The notes under the pieces were generated by a model, which saw only the letters and a program-made list of their open reading frames with translations, was not told the origin of the DNA and ran no database searches. From assembly GCA_964304625.1 (NCBI GenBank), contig OZ199839.1, positions 7,711,166-7,775,165 on the forward strand: 64,000 nt of DNA. Direction: 5' to 3'. Origin of the DNA: Kudoa neothunni (taxonomy: Eukaryota > Animalia > Cnidaria). The position numbers and the translations under genes are program-made. Positions 13,490-24,291 of the stretch are shown here, in pieces (within the stretch, counting starts at the first letter, position 1; each line of letters opens with the position of its first letter).

Positions 13490-14836
13490 TTAAGTACGTT
13501 CACAAAAAAATTAGATGTAACCCGACTTTATTGTTATTCAACAAACTATAAAGATGATTTACAGATATTATATATAAATATTAGTTTTATATGAAATAAC
13601 TAAAAACAGGTGGTTTAATGTTTTTACATTATACACAGTCTAATTTTGTTTTACGATGTTAGTTGATATTTGAAGATTTTTTATATCGCGTACTTTATTA
13701 TTGAATAATATAAAATAGTAAAAAAAAACAAAATATAAAAAATTGGGTGTTCTATTTTTCATTGAATTGTCAATATAATATTCTAAGAAATGTAAAAAAA
13801 TCACTTAAAAAAATTTATAAGCTAAAAATTTCTGATATTTTTAAGAAAATATATTTAAAAACATGAATAGTAATTCGTTGATTATTTAATGGGGACTACT
13901 TAAAAAACTAAAACCACATATTAATAGTTGTATGATATTAATATTCGAAATAAGCACAATAAACAATTGAAAACTATCTTAATTGTTTAATTATATTATG
14001 GATATGTAAAAAAAATAAATTTTATTATATAAAGATTTTAATGAATATTTAATTAGAATGGTGGAAGCTTTTGCTAACCTTTTATTTTGTTATGGGTGAT
14101 ATTCATAACATGATTAAATTTCAGGAGTAACTCTATACAATGATAATTTGTTTTTAGGTTAGTTATCAGTTCAAATAAAAATGTTATGAAAAATGTGCGC
14201 AACATGGTATCACGTGGATGCATATTGGTGTCGAGAATTCAGCTTATTTGTTTTATTTTATCAATACAATAATAAATTATAATTTTGTTGGAAAGCGCCT
14301 TGATATTAGTGATGAATAACCACTATAATTAAAAATAATTAAAGTATACACGCGCATCCTTCATGCTCTAATGTTTGCGCAGCATACTTTGCTAAAAGTT
14401 TATTTAGTATTTTCATTTAAGTATCAAATGTAATGTTAAAAAAGCTAGACTGAAATTGTTTTTTGATGGACCAATACTGTACTGACCAACTAAAAAGAAA
14501 TAATATTTTCTCGTTGTGGCATTCAACGGTATCATTATTCAAAGTAAATAATATCAAGCGACAATGTGAAAAACTTTATAAAGTTTTCATAACCTTAACC
14601 CTTAGAAATTTAGTGCTTTATTTAAATCCATGAAGATGACTTTTTGTTGAGAACAAACGATATTAATAAAAGATTATAAGAACGCATATGAGGTCTGTTT
14701 TGATACTTTGTTGATAATATCCCAATAAAATCCAACATTTTTTGAATTAAATCAAAAACAAATAGTTATATACACATATTTTCCAAAAAATATTTTAAAT
14801 ATGTATTAAAATTAAAGATGGACGATAATTTACTAA

Positions 14837-14860
14837 TATATATATATATATATATATATA
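14837..14860. repeat. (TA)n microsatellite
   Basis: About 12 TA units; a second run lies at ~46965-46986. Confidence 0.9.
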
Positions 14861-16139
14861 TTGAAAGAACATAATATTCCTACCAATATCGTCAGAATTA
14901 CAGTTTAAATACAAACTCTAAATGGATGAGTATAGACATTGTTTTAATTTTTTTATGATACTTGAATGTAGACATGGAAAGGTAACAATCTGATCACTCG
15001 AAAAGCCCATGGATTCCAAATTTTTTCAAAATGATTTTTATAATTTTCTAAAATAAAATAATTTAAATTATATTGAAAAACAGATTATAAATTATTAGTC
15101 AACTAATTATTCGAATCGATTATTTTTTTATAGGGGGCAGGGAAATCACTTTTCCTTTTCATCATAAACTATACTTGTTTAACAGCTTTAAGTTTACAAA
15201 ATTAATTCATTTAAAAAATAGATGTTATTGACTGAATAAAAATATGGAATCCTTAAATCAACCTTAAATTTATATCCTGTAGGACTTTATTCAACGAATA
15301 CCTTCTATTCTTAGATAAAATCATAAGCATTTTCAAATTTGTCAGTATCTTGCGTCATTATGTATGGATGTAAAAAGTTTAACTTTGATGTATTACGAAG
15401 AAATAGAAACAATCATCTCAATATTATAATTAAATAGGATTATACATGACTATATACTCCAATAACATCACATTCAATGATAATAATGCTCCCTTAAATT
15501 AATAATTATTATGTATTTTGAGTTTTTCCTAATAAGCTGAAATATAATTACAAGACTAGATAATTTAATTTTTGTCTCAATATATTAGTAAGTATGAGAT
15601 CTTTTGCAATATTAATTCGGCTTATCTTATCAGAGGAGCTTTTGGTTTTTGCTCGTGATAAAAATTAAAGGAGTATCTTTATTGATGAAATCTACATCTT
15701 ACTTTGTCTCCATTAACACATAAGAATAAATTTTATTTCTTTTAAATTTACTGATATTTGAATAATTAACGAATTAGTGCATTTATGCAAAATTTAAAGA
15801 ATGAAATATCTATTATAAAGACTCTTGATTATCTTTATGTGACTTCAAAGGTATTTAAAAATCGGTTACTTGCCGCAACAGATTATACATAGATACAGTG
15901 ATTAATTCCTAATCCCGTCAAAAGTGATAAGCGATTTTTAGCGTCAAATCTCGATGAACTATTCATCATGTTATGCTGAAATATTCAAAAATTTTTGTGG
16001 CCCAAAGAATACCTGATCTACCTAATAAAATAAATTAATATCCCTGTTAACGCTTAAATCTCGCCATACGCGATTGGCGCCAATGTTAATCCTCACCACT
16101 TGATCGCATTCGACTTTATTTTTAAGACAACTTGTAGTG

Positions 16140-17420
16140 GTTGTATATTTGATTCTCTCATTTCGTGTTCTAGTCACAATAAAAATTGATTATGAAAATA
16201 TACGTATAAAAAAATTTAGGCCTACTTGCTATCTGAAAAATGATGAAATATACCCATGGGCTCATTCACCAAAGTTTCTACTTCAAATGGAAAATCGTAA
16301 TTTTTTTCCAGCATGCAGCAGCTGTAAGCTTTACGCACTCTTAGTGTTCCCATTTATTAATACGCACAGCTATCAAATCTTTGTAGCAATGTTTCCCTGA
16401 TTCTTTTCATCAAGCCCCATATTTTAATAAAAAAGTCTCGTGCATCACCTTTTTCGAATACGTTAATATTAATCCAATCAAAATATTAGTTTTTTTATAT
16501 TTGTCGCTACAATTTAAGACTTTTTATTCACAGTATTAAAACATTAATTAATGAACAAAAAGAAAATATCAATATTAATTATAGGAAATTTTGATTTACT
16601 GTCTGTAATATATTTCCACAATAAAGTGGAATTTTAATATCTCCGAGTGACATAGTATTATGACCTTTTATGGCGGATTTGTTATAATTTATATCGTTTT
16701 TTCGATAAATATTAAAAAAACATACAACTAAAAATCATTATCTAAATATGAACTAGAATTCTCCATTTGAATGTATTTCCTCTCTGTACTAAATCTGCAT
16801 TCTACTAGTTGAGACGAAGAGAAAACAGAATCAATTCCTGTGTAGAGGCTGGACATTTAATTTCTTTTTTTTAATATATTTGTCAAATAACTCCACAAAC
16901 TTCTCTAAACAATTTACATTGGATAACCATCTTACTTTTGTATAAAGTAATAAGAAAACTTGATCAGAACTTTAATTTTGACAGAATTGTCTAAAAATTC
17001 TTTCTTTTATTTCCATCTTCATGTATAAGTCCAAACATTTGATCCAAGCGCGACATATTCTGATATTACTCTTCCAAGAGTTGATTGGTTTCTAATTTTT
17101 TTAATTATTGAAAAGTTTTGTTATTTTCGTCAACATTAACTACAATTCAAATATTTTTACTGACAAATACCCTTTCCCAATGATACATTCCTTTTACAAA
17201 TACTGGATTAGTCTAATTGTACTGATGTCAATATTTCCTATTATATCTCTATGCACATTAAAACATTCTGCATAAATGTCTCCGATATGATTCTTCAAAA
17301 CGACACAATTATTTATTTAGACTCAATTCTTGCCTGTTTCATTAGCATTCCATACGACCTATGAATGTCAAACTGTTGTAAATACATAAGGAATTAAACA
17401 AAATATTCCTCAACTAAAAG
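16140..17420 (-). pseudogene. Decayed hAT (Charlie/ZBED8-like) transposase
   Basis: The minus strand at ~16920-16953 reads LLLYTKVRWLS, matching the Charlie-type LLLHTEVRWLS motif. Many stops; boundaries are approximate. Confidence 0.6.
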
Positions 17421-18544
17421 ACATTCTTTCTTTTTTAATCCTATAACATTTTCAAGATATTATTCATCTACACATATAAATGAGAAATAAATATTTACTT
17501 CGTAACGGAGCAAAAATCGTTGAGAGCGTCACATGTTTTTCTTTATACCGTACTTTAATTTATGAGATAATTTATAGTGATAGAAATATATAATCTCAAT
17601 TATAACTTCAATCAATTCTAAAAGAGTGTGTTTCAAATAATTGCATAAAAATATTTTATTAATAATATGGATTATTTGATAATAATCACGTAATATAAAA
17701 AATTACTTTAGAAGAAATTTGTTCCTTAAATTATTTTATCCCAAATGGAAAACGAAGAGTGTAAAACCATTCCAAGTTCATTCAATATATGATCAGAAGG
17801 GAATTTAAATAACTTGTACAAACAATTAATTATTCGATGCTATTACTCGTTATAATATAAACGTCATGAAAAAGGTGATTTCTAACCATTAATCATCCTT
17901 TAAGATTATAGTGGTCTCACCAAATCCTATTCTGTTTATATTATGTCAAATTTCGACTATTTACTCAAACAATTTTACCCATTGATTCACCCGACTGAAT
18001 TATTTTGAGGATTTCTTTTAAGGTTAAATGAGCAGGATAGTCATTCTTAGATTTTTAATGACTAAAGATGCATACTAAATAGCAATGTTATGTTTTGTTA
18101 TTAGAACCCTTCATTTCATTTATTTATACTTAAATCATTCTTGTTGATTATTTATCACTGTTCATTCAAAGACAACCTGAGAAATTCCCCAATATAAAAA
18201 AAATACAATAATAAACATGTGAATCATGAATAGACATTGTTGAGTTAAAGAAGAGATCAAAACATCCGATCAAAAACTTGTTAATTAAACAAATATTGTA
18301 ATTTTGAAAACATTCGCACCATATTCTTTGGTAGCTACAAAAAAATAACATCGATGTTGTACATTTAGAGGCTTATGTATTGAAATTCATGTCTTTGTAA
18401 TCGACAAATTTATTTTTAAAAACAAATGACATGAGTTTCAGGATTCATATTAGCACATGAAAAGCTTTAAGAATAACCACAATAAATTTTGGTTCTACAA
18501 AAAAAGTTATATAAACCGAAATGGGGCACTACATACCACAACGG

Positions 18545-18617
18545 GTCTCCATGGCGCAATAGGTAGCGCGTTCGGCTGTTAACCGGAAGGTTACGAGTTC
18601 GAACCTCGTTGGGGACG
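18545..18617 (+). tRNA. trnN-GUU: tRNA-Asn (GTT), intact, 73 nt
   Basis: Cloverleaf: acceptor GTCTCCA/TGGGGAC, D stem GCGC/GCGC, anticodon stem TTCGG/CCGGA with loop CT-GTT-AA, T arm ACGAG-TTCGAAC-CTCGT, discriminator G. A box and B box are present, followed by T5. Confidence 0.95.
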
Positions 18618-18620
18618 AAG

Positions 18621-18636
18621 TTTTTCGATTTTTTTT
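18621..18636 (+). terminator. Pol III terminator T-tracts of the tRNA gene
   Basis: TTTTT starts 3 nt after the discriminator, and T8 follows at 18629-18636. Confidence 0.7.
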
Positions 18637-18713
18637 GCGTAGCAAAAAAAGATCGAAGAACTTTTTCGTCCCAAGAAGTTGATCATAGTAACCGAAATTT
18701 AATTTTAATTGGA

Positions 18714-21700
18714 ATGAGCCGTGAATTGTTGACGTCGGATGTGATTGAGCAGGTTTCTGCTCATTCAATGTTGATTTCGACATATGCAAAGCTCTATTTG
18801 GACTGTCGTCGAAAGAAGAAGAGGTCGACTGCAATAAGCAAATGTGCCGCAGACTATTGCAGGTTCATTCAGCAGCAACGTTGCATAGTTGGTAGAAAGA
18901 GAGACCTTTCTCAGCGTGCCGACATGAGTTGCATAGCTCGATCGGTTGCGTTGTCCAAGGAGGACCAAAAGCTAGCCAACGCGAAGGAATGGACCCGCAA
19001 GAAGTTTGAGGAGTTTTGTGTGCATGTACAACATCATTTGAACAACAATACTCTTCTTGAAGAATTTGTTGATCCGAATGGTGTAGTAAAAGTCACCTCT
19101 AAACGACTTATAAAGCGCAGTGATATGGGATTCATAGATACTAGTGTGTGTGTTGATGGAGAAACTAGCGTTTGTTTGTTAGTAGCGGAGTCCACACAGC
19201 CAAATTTTAGTGAAAAACTGAAAAAAGATGTCTGTCGATTACCTGCTAATCCCTCTGATGAGCCAAAGGATGATTCTTTTTCCGCCCAAGTGCCAAAAGA
19301 AAGCGTTCCACTAATCATAGATGATCACTCTAAAGATGACCCGCGAAAGGATGATGATCCTTTGCCTGATACAATACATGTGAATAAGTCAACTCCAAAG
19401 AAGTGTAAAAGCTCACCTTTGGATCTTTCTGTTGCTTTTGAAGCTTTACAAACTTTTCAAACTTTGGGCAATACACCAACTATCATAAGTGACGACACGA
19501 GTCCGACAGAACCATCGGAAAGTAACTCGTTATCTAAAAGTTCGCAAAAAGGCTTAAATGACAAAAACAACATTAACAATATTAACAATATTAACTGTAT
19601 TAACTGTATTAACAACAGGAACGCTCGACCCAGTAGTCCAAAAAGTATGCATAATTTACTTAAAAGTAGTAATAAAGTAAAAAATAATAATATAGTAGCT
19701 AATAATAATAATAATAATAATTATAATTGTAATAACGGTAATAATAGAGATAATAACAATAATGTTAACTCTAAATTTAAAGCATTATTCACACATAATG
19801 ATTTAAATCTAGCTAATTTAATTAATGAAGATAGTTTCTTAATTAATGAAATAATTAACTCGGAAGAATCTGAGCGTTCGCAAGACGTTACCTTAATACC
19901 ATCGTTTGGACTTTTTAAACGAAGTATTCAAGTTTTGAGTAGCGACACTCAACAGACACAATCTTCCTTAACACCATTAATTTTAACTCAGAATGAAAAT
20001 TTGATTTTTAACAAGGAAACCATAGCAGAACTTAATAAACTTAATCCAGCACATGACACTAGTACCATCACAGTAAAACCGACTAATATTTGTGAAGCAT
20101 TTGAAAGCCGTTTACGTCCCGAAAATGTTTCAACGCAAGTAGTAGATTCTATTAAACTTAATTTTAACCCTAAAACACCAAAACTTTATGATTCAGATAA
20201 CTCTACTAATAATACCCAGAGTGATGACCGTGATGTCATCATGAAGGAGATTACTCCTACGCATTCTAATAATTCTAATAATTCTAATAATCTTAACAAC
20301 TTGAATAACTCTAATAGTCCTACTAAAAACAGTTCAAGTATCAACAGTAATTCAGATAATTCTAATTCTAATGATAATTCATTAAATTCTAACCAAAATC
20401 TACTAAATAACAATAATAATATTAATCCAACTGATGAAGATGTGCATGTAAACAACTTTTCAATTGATAACGCCCACGATAAACGTATCAACGTTAACAA
20501 TAGTGTAATTAATCTGTTTTCTCACAATAATAACGATCTTAATCACGCTACATCCGAGGATGTAAACGACTTTATAAATAACTCAATTAACTTGTCCTAT
20601 CAAAGTTTTAATCAACAACCACTAGGGGAAGCAGATTCATCCAACAATAGTCTAATTAATCTTAACTTAACATTAGAGAATAATGACTCTATAACTGGGA
20701 ATCTTAACATTAACATTCACAATAATTCTGCGCATCACTTAACGCAATTGAACAACTCTATTGGAAGTAATACTTTAACAATTAATGATGACAATGCGCC
20801 GACATCTAGCAATAATAACAACGACACTGATACTAACTTAAACAACACTATTGAGAACAATAATCAAACAACTAATAACAACGACCCTTACTTTGATTAT
20901 TATAATCGAAAATTAAATTTTGAAGAAAAAGCTAACATTTGCATAGAGGAGCTTAAACAAATTCTATGCAAGTTCAATCACGAGGATATGAATACTATCT
21001 ATGATAAATTTCTCTCGTTGGCAACTATTCACGCTAAAAATTTACATTATTTTAACACAATTCCTAATAAAAATCAAAAGAAAAAACAACCTACCGAACG
21101 CATTCCTAGCGCAGTTGCAAGTCAACCGATTAACTTAAACTCATCGTTTAACCCAGCTAATATTAATCTAAACTCTAACGACATTAATTTAAACTTCAGA
21201 TCGCAACCATTAAGCAATGATGCAAATGTCCTTCTAGAATCTAACCATAATCATCCTATGCATAGACGTCTAAGATCATTATTTAAATTTAACACTAAAC
21301 GCTGTGTGCGTGAAATCACAGAGGCAAAGCCTGTGTGGTGTCAAGCATCAGCTCAAGCTATTAAAACAAAATTAACATTAACACCTCCCGTATTACCTAA
21401 TTATGAAGATTTTAAAATCGAATTTGCAAAATACTTAACACATACAGTAGAACCTAGCCAAATTCCTCATTATAATGAATTTAATAATCCCAACTCTAAT
21501 AACACACAACAGGTAATAGAAATTGAAAAAGAGAATAACTATCATACAGATTCTAGTGAATATCAATCTAATTCAGACGATAATAATACCAATAAAAATA
21601 ACTCTAATATGCAATCTCAACTATACACTTCAGCAATTCCTTATTCTAATTTTAACATTTCAACATTAGATGTTAATGACGCCATAGTTAAAGCTAAAGC

Positions 21701-24041
21701 GGACACAAGCTCAGGGACAGACGGTATTCATATGAAGTTTTGGAAGAAACTTCCTGGTATGAGTACTGTTCTGGCCCCACTTTTCAACATTATCGTTAAG
21801 AGCGAGTCAGTACCAACTACTTGGTTAGAATCGCGTCTTATTCTTCTGCCAAAAAGTAATGAGCCCAATCCGAATGACACGAACGACTATAGGCCTATTT
21901 CAATCACACAGACCATTTATAGGATTTTTATGTCAATAATTAACACTAAAATTAGATTAATGGTTAATTTTTCACCTAGTCAAAAAGGTTTTATGCCCGG
22001 CGAAGGATGTGTTGAACATTCTTATGTCGTGCAGGAAATTCTTGATGATTGTCGACGTGGATCGAAACGACTCAGCGCTTGTTGGATTGACCTTCGAAAA
22101 GCGTTCGACACGGTGCCCCATTGGATAATTTTACATTTCTTAACAGAGAGTGAGGTCCCTAATTCAATTGTCAATCTAATCAAACACCTATACACTAATT
22201 CCTACTCTAAAATTAAAGATCATTTAGGACAAACCAATAACATTCTAATGAACGGTAGAGGAGTGAAACAAGGTTGCCCCTTGTCCCCTCTCCTTTTTAA
22301 TTTAGTCATAGACCCCTTTCTCTGCCTAATTGACCAATCCAAACTAGGCTTTAATCTTAGAGGAAATAACATTGGAGCTCTGTGTTATGCAGATGACATT
22401 GTTATTACCTCTAATAATACCAAAAACTGCCAAAAAATCCTCAACTATCTACACACCATCCTGGATCTATGCGATATGCGAGCTAATGTTAAAAAATGCG
22501 CTTCTCTCCAAGTCTCTTACAGATCTGGTAGACGAATTATTAACGACCCCAATATTCATATTAATCTAACTTTGAATAATGAATCAATTCCACCCTTGGA
22601 AGATTTCTATAAGTACTTAGGTACGAATAAAGATCTTTCCTCATTTAAGGATGTGCTTCCTCAGTTTAAAGAGTTTAAAGATAAGCTGATTAAAATTTCT
22701 AACAGTTACTTGTATCCCTACATGAAAGCCGAAATTTTAAGAACTTATCTCTATCCTATCTTAGATTATACATTAAAAACCAATTGTATTAGGATTGAAG
22801 ATTTACAAGCGCTAGACTCTTTAATACTTAAACATGTGCGCAAATGGTTCAGCCTTCCCCAATGCTCCACTACCTCATTCTTCTATACCCCTATTAAATT
22901 AGGAGGTCTAGGTTTAAAATCCATTACAGAAGACTTTCGCGCATTAAGATTAGCTTCGGCATTAACAGTCTTAAACAGCGAGGATGATCGTGTTGAACAA
23001 ATTGCGCAACAAACTCTCAAAACCATTGTAGCTAAACGTCACCCTAATACTAATGTCAATGAAATTACTAATATCCAAATAATTAATTTCCTCAACAGTG
23101 AATTTGACATCATTAACGCTAAGGATATCCGAAGCCTTTTATCGTCCGCAAGATTAAATAGAAAAGCACTCGATGTCGAACTAATTGATGCATCGAATAA
23201 TCTTAAAATTGAGCTTAATCCTGCCACTCTTTTAATTCCACCCAGCATTTTCCGCAATCGATTAACCGAACCCACAAAAATTAAATTATTACGTTGGCAT
23301 AACCAATGTAAGCAATTTAATAGATGGAAAGGTCAAATTGACCAAGGTAAAACTACCTCCAGCACTTCTAAAGATCCCGCCTCGAATACCTGGATACGAA
23401 ACGGACATATTAAAGTGTCTACGTGCCGTTTCGCTCTCCATGGTAGGATGAATCTGCTTCCAACGAAGGCTGTTCTTAAAAAAGTCAAAAAAGCGCCAGA
23501 TTCTAAATGTCGTCGTTGCAACTGCGAGCATGAAACTTTGGGTCATATCCTAAGTTCATGTAAGCACGGCACGAACTTAATCATGACTAGACATAATAAT
23601 GTTCTTAACTTTATACATTCTAAAATTAAACTACCAAAAAACTGGACTAGCTTTAAAGACATGAGCATTATTCCTAATTCTAATCGTCGCCCAGACTTAG
23701 TTCTAATCAATAGGAAAAAACATAAAGCTATAATTATTGATATAACTATTGCATATGAAAATGATCCCGTGCGATTAACTAGTGTGCGTGATGGTAAAAT
23801 AAATAAATACTTCCCAGAGAGACATACTCTAGAGAGACAAGGGCTAATTGTCTACTCAGGCGCATTAGTCTACGGTTCTTTAGGTAGTCATCTAGACTCC
23901 AATTTCGAATTTTATAAACTACTGGGTCTTAAGCGCAAAGCCATTAAACGCATTAAAAAGACTATTACAACAATGATTCTTGAGGATAGTCACACTATCT
24001 TTAAGAATCATGTTCGTAATAGTACTAACGTCATGCATTAA
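18714..24041 (+). CDS. Family A retrotransposon protein (N-terminal domain, Asn-rich linker, RT, CCHC knuckle, RLE), 1775 aa from first ATG
   Basis: SSGTDGI, YRPIS, QKGF, WIDLRKAFD, GVKQGCPLSPLLFN, YADD (22386-22397), YKYLG, GGLG, CRRC-x8-H-x4-C, RHN, RRPDLV...IIDITI...KINKY. The ORF track starts at TTG 18609; the first ATG is at 18714. Confidence 0.95.
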   Translation: MSRELLTSDVIEQVSAHSMLISTYAKLYLDCRRKKKRSTAISKCAADYCRFIQQQRCIVGRKRDLSQRADMSCIARSVALSKEDQKLANAKEWTRKKFEEFCVHVQHHLNNNTLLEEFVDPNGVVKVTSKRLIKRSDMGFIDTSVCVDGETSVCLLVAESTQPNFSEKLKKDVCRLPANPSDEPKDDSFSAQVPKESVPLIIDDHSKDDPRKDDDPLPDTIHVNKSTPKKCKSSPLDLSVAFEALQTFQTLGNTPTIISDDTSPTEPSESNSLSKSSQKGLNDKNNINNINNINCINCINNRNARPSSPKSMHNLLKSSNKVKNNNIVANNNNNNNYNCNNGNNRDNNNNVNSKFKALFTHNDLNLANLINEDSFLINEIINSEESERSQDVTLIPSFGLFKRSIQVLSSDTQQTQSSLTPLILTQNENLIFNKETIAELNKLNPAHDTSTITVKPTNICEAFESRLRPENVSTQVVDSIKLNFNPKTPKLYDSDNSTNNTQSDDRDVIMKEITPTHSNNSNNSNNLNNLNNSNSPTKNSSSINSNSDNSNSNDNSLNSNQNLLNNNNNINPTDEDVHVNNFSIDNAHDKRINVNNSVINLFSHNNNDLNHATSEDVNDFINNSINLSYQSFNQQPLGEADSSNNSLINLNLTLENNDSITGNLNINIHNNSAHHLTQLNNSIGSNTLTINDDNAPTSSNNNNDTDTNLNNTIENNNQTTNNNDPYFDYYNRKLNFEEKANICIEELKQILCKFNHEDMNTIYDKFLSLATIHAKNLHYFNTIPNKNQKKKQPTERIPSAVASQPINLNSSFNPANINLNSNDINLNFRSQPLSNDANVLLESNHNHPMHRRLRSLFKFNTKRCVREITEAKPVWCQASAQAIKTKLTLTPPVLPNYEDFKIEFAKYLTHTVEPSQIPHYNEFNNPNSNNTQQVIEIEKENNYHTDSSEYQSNSDDNNTNKNNSNMQSQLYTSAIPYSNFNISTLDVNDAIVKAKADTSSGTDGIHMKFWKKLPGMSTVLAPLFNIIVKSESVPTTWLESRLILLPKSNEPNPNDTNDYRPISITQTIYRIFMSIINTKIRLMVNFSPSQKGFMPGEGCVEHSYVVQEILDDCRRGSKRLSACWIDLRKAFDTVPHWIILHFLTESEVPNSIVNLIKHLYTNSYSKIKDHLGQTNNILMNGRGVKQGCPLSPLLFNLVIDPFLCLIDQSKLGFNLRGNNIGALCYADDIVITSNNTKNCQKILNYLHTILDLCDMRANVKKCASLQVSYRSGRRIINDPNIHINLTLNNESIPPLEDFYKYLGTNKDLSSFKDVLPQFKEFKDKLIKISNSYLYPYMKAEILRTYLYPILDYTLKTNCIRIEDLQALDSLILKHVRKWFSLPQCSTTSFFYTPIKLGGLGLKSITEDFRALRLASALTVLNSEDDRVEQIAQQTLKTIVAKRHPNTNVNEITNIQIINFLNSEFDIINAKDIRSLLSSARLNRKALDVELIDASNNLKIELNPATLLIPPSIFRNRLTEPTKIKLLRWHNQCKQFNRWKGQIDQGKTTSSTSKDPASNTWIRNGHIKVSTCRFALHGRMNLLPTKAVLKKVKKAPDSKCRRCNCEHETLGHILSSCKHGTNLIMTRHNNVLNFIHSKIKLPKNWTSFKDMSIIPNSNRRPDLVLINRKKHKAIIIDITIAYENDPVRLTSVRDGKINKYFPERHTLERQGLIVYSGALVYGSLGSHLDSNFEFYKLLGLKRKAIKRIKKTITTMILEDSHTIFKNHVRNSTNVMH

Positions 24042-24046
24042 AAATT

Positions 24047-24094
<48 letters not shown>

Positions 24095-24255
24095 TCAAAT
24101 TTTAATTAATTAATCTTAAAAATAACCTACAAATGTCTAAAAATCCAAAAAACAAGAATCCATCAAAAATTCAGCAATTTTCAGAAAACCCCAAAAATAA
24201 CATTAGCTAGTCAAAAACTTTTAGTGCTTTGTTAGTGGAAATATATTGTATTATT

Positions 24256-24291
24256 ACCGGAAGGTTACGAGTTCGAACCTCGTTGGGGACG
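24256..24291 (+). pseudogene. tRNA-Asn 3' half (nt 38-73), exact copy
   Basis: ACCGGAAGGTTACGAGTTCGAACCTCGTTGGGGACG is identical to 18582-18617 and is followed by AAGTTTTTTCGA. Confidence 0.95.

Larger units (their letters stand above)
18582..24255 (+). mobile_element. Full-length RLE-type non-LTR retrotransposon, family A, inserted in tRNA-Asn
   Basis: Starts with the tRNA 3' half, has a single ORF and an internal A39 tract, and its 3' UTR ends TTGTATTATT directly before another tRNA 3' half at 24256. Confidence 0.9.

Noticed and set aside
13500-16100. Possible multi-exon host gene with tiny introns
   Set aside because: Some short coding-like stretches and GT-AG candidates exist, but I could not assemble a consistent reading frame or recognise a product.
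17450-18450. Possible minus-strand host gene upstream of the tRNA
   Set aside because: Only short ORFs with no recognisable motif.
18609-18713. TTG start at 18609 for ORF A
   Set aside because: It lies within the tRNA and the hairpin. The first in-frame ATG is at 18714, close to where homology with B begins.
18618-18713. HDV-like ribozyme as in R2 5' UTRs
   Set aside because: I could not build the nested double pseudoknot by eye; only a long hairpin is evident. A motif search would be needed.
24051-24089. Poly(A) as the 3' end of element A
   Set aside because: Copy A' shares the ~166 nt after the tract up to the tRNA half, so the tract is internal.
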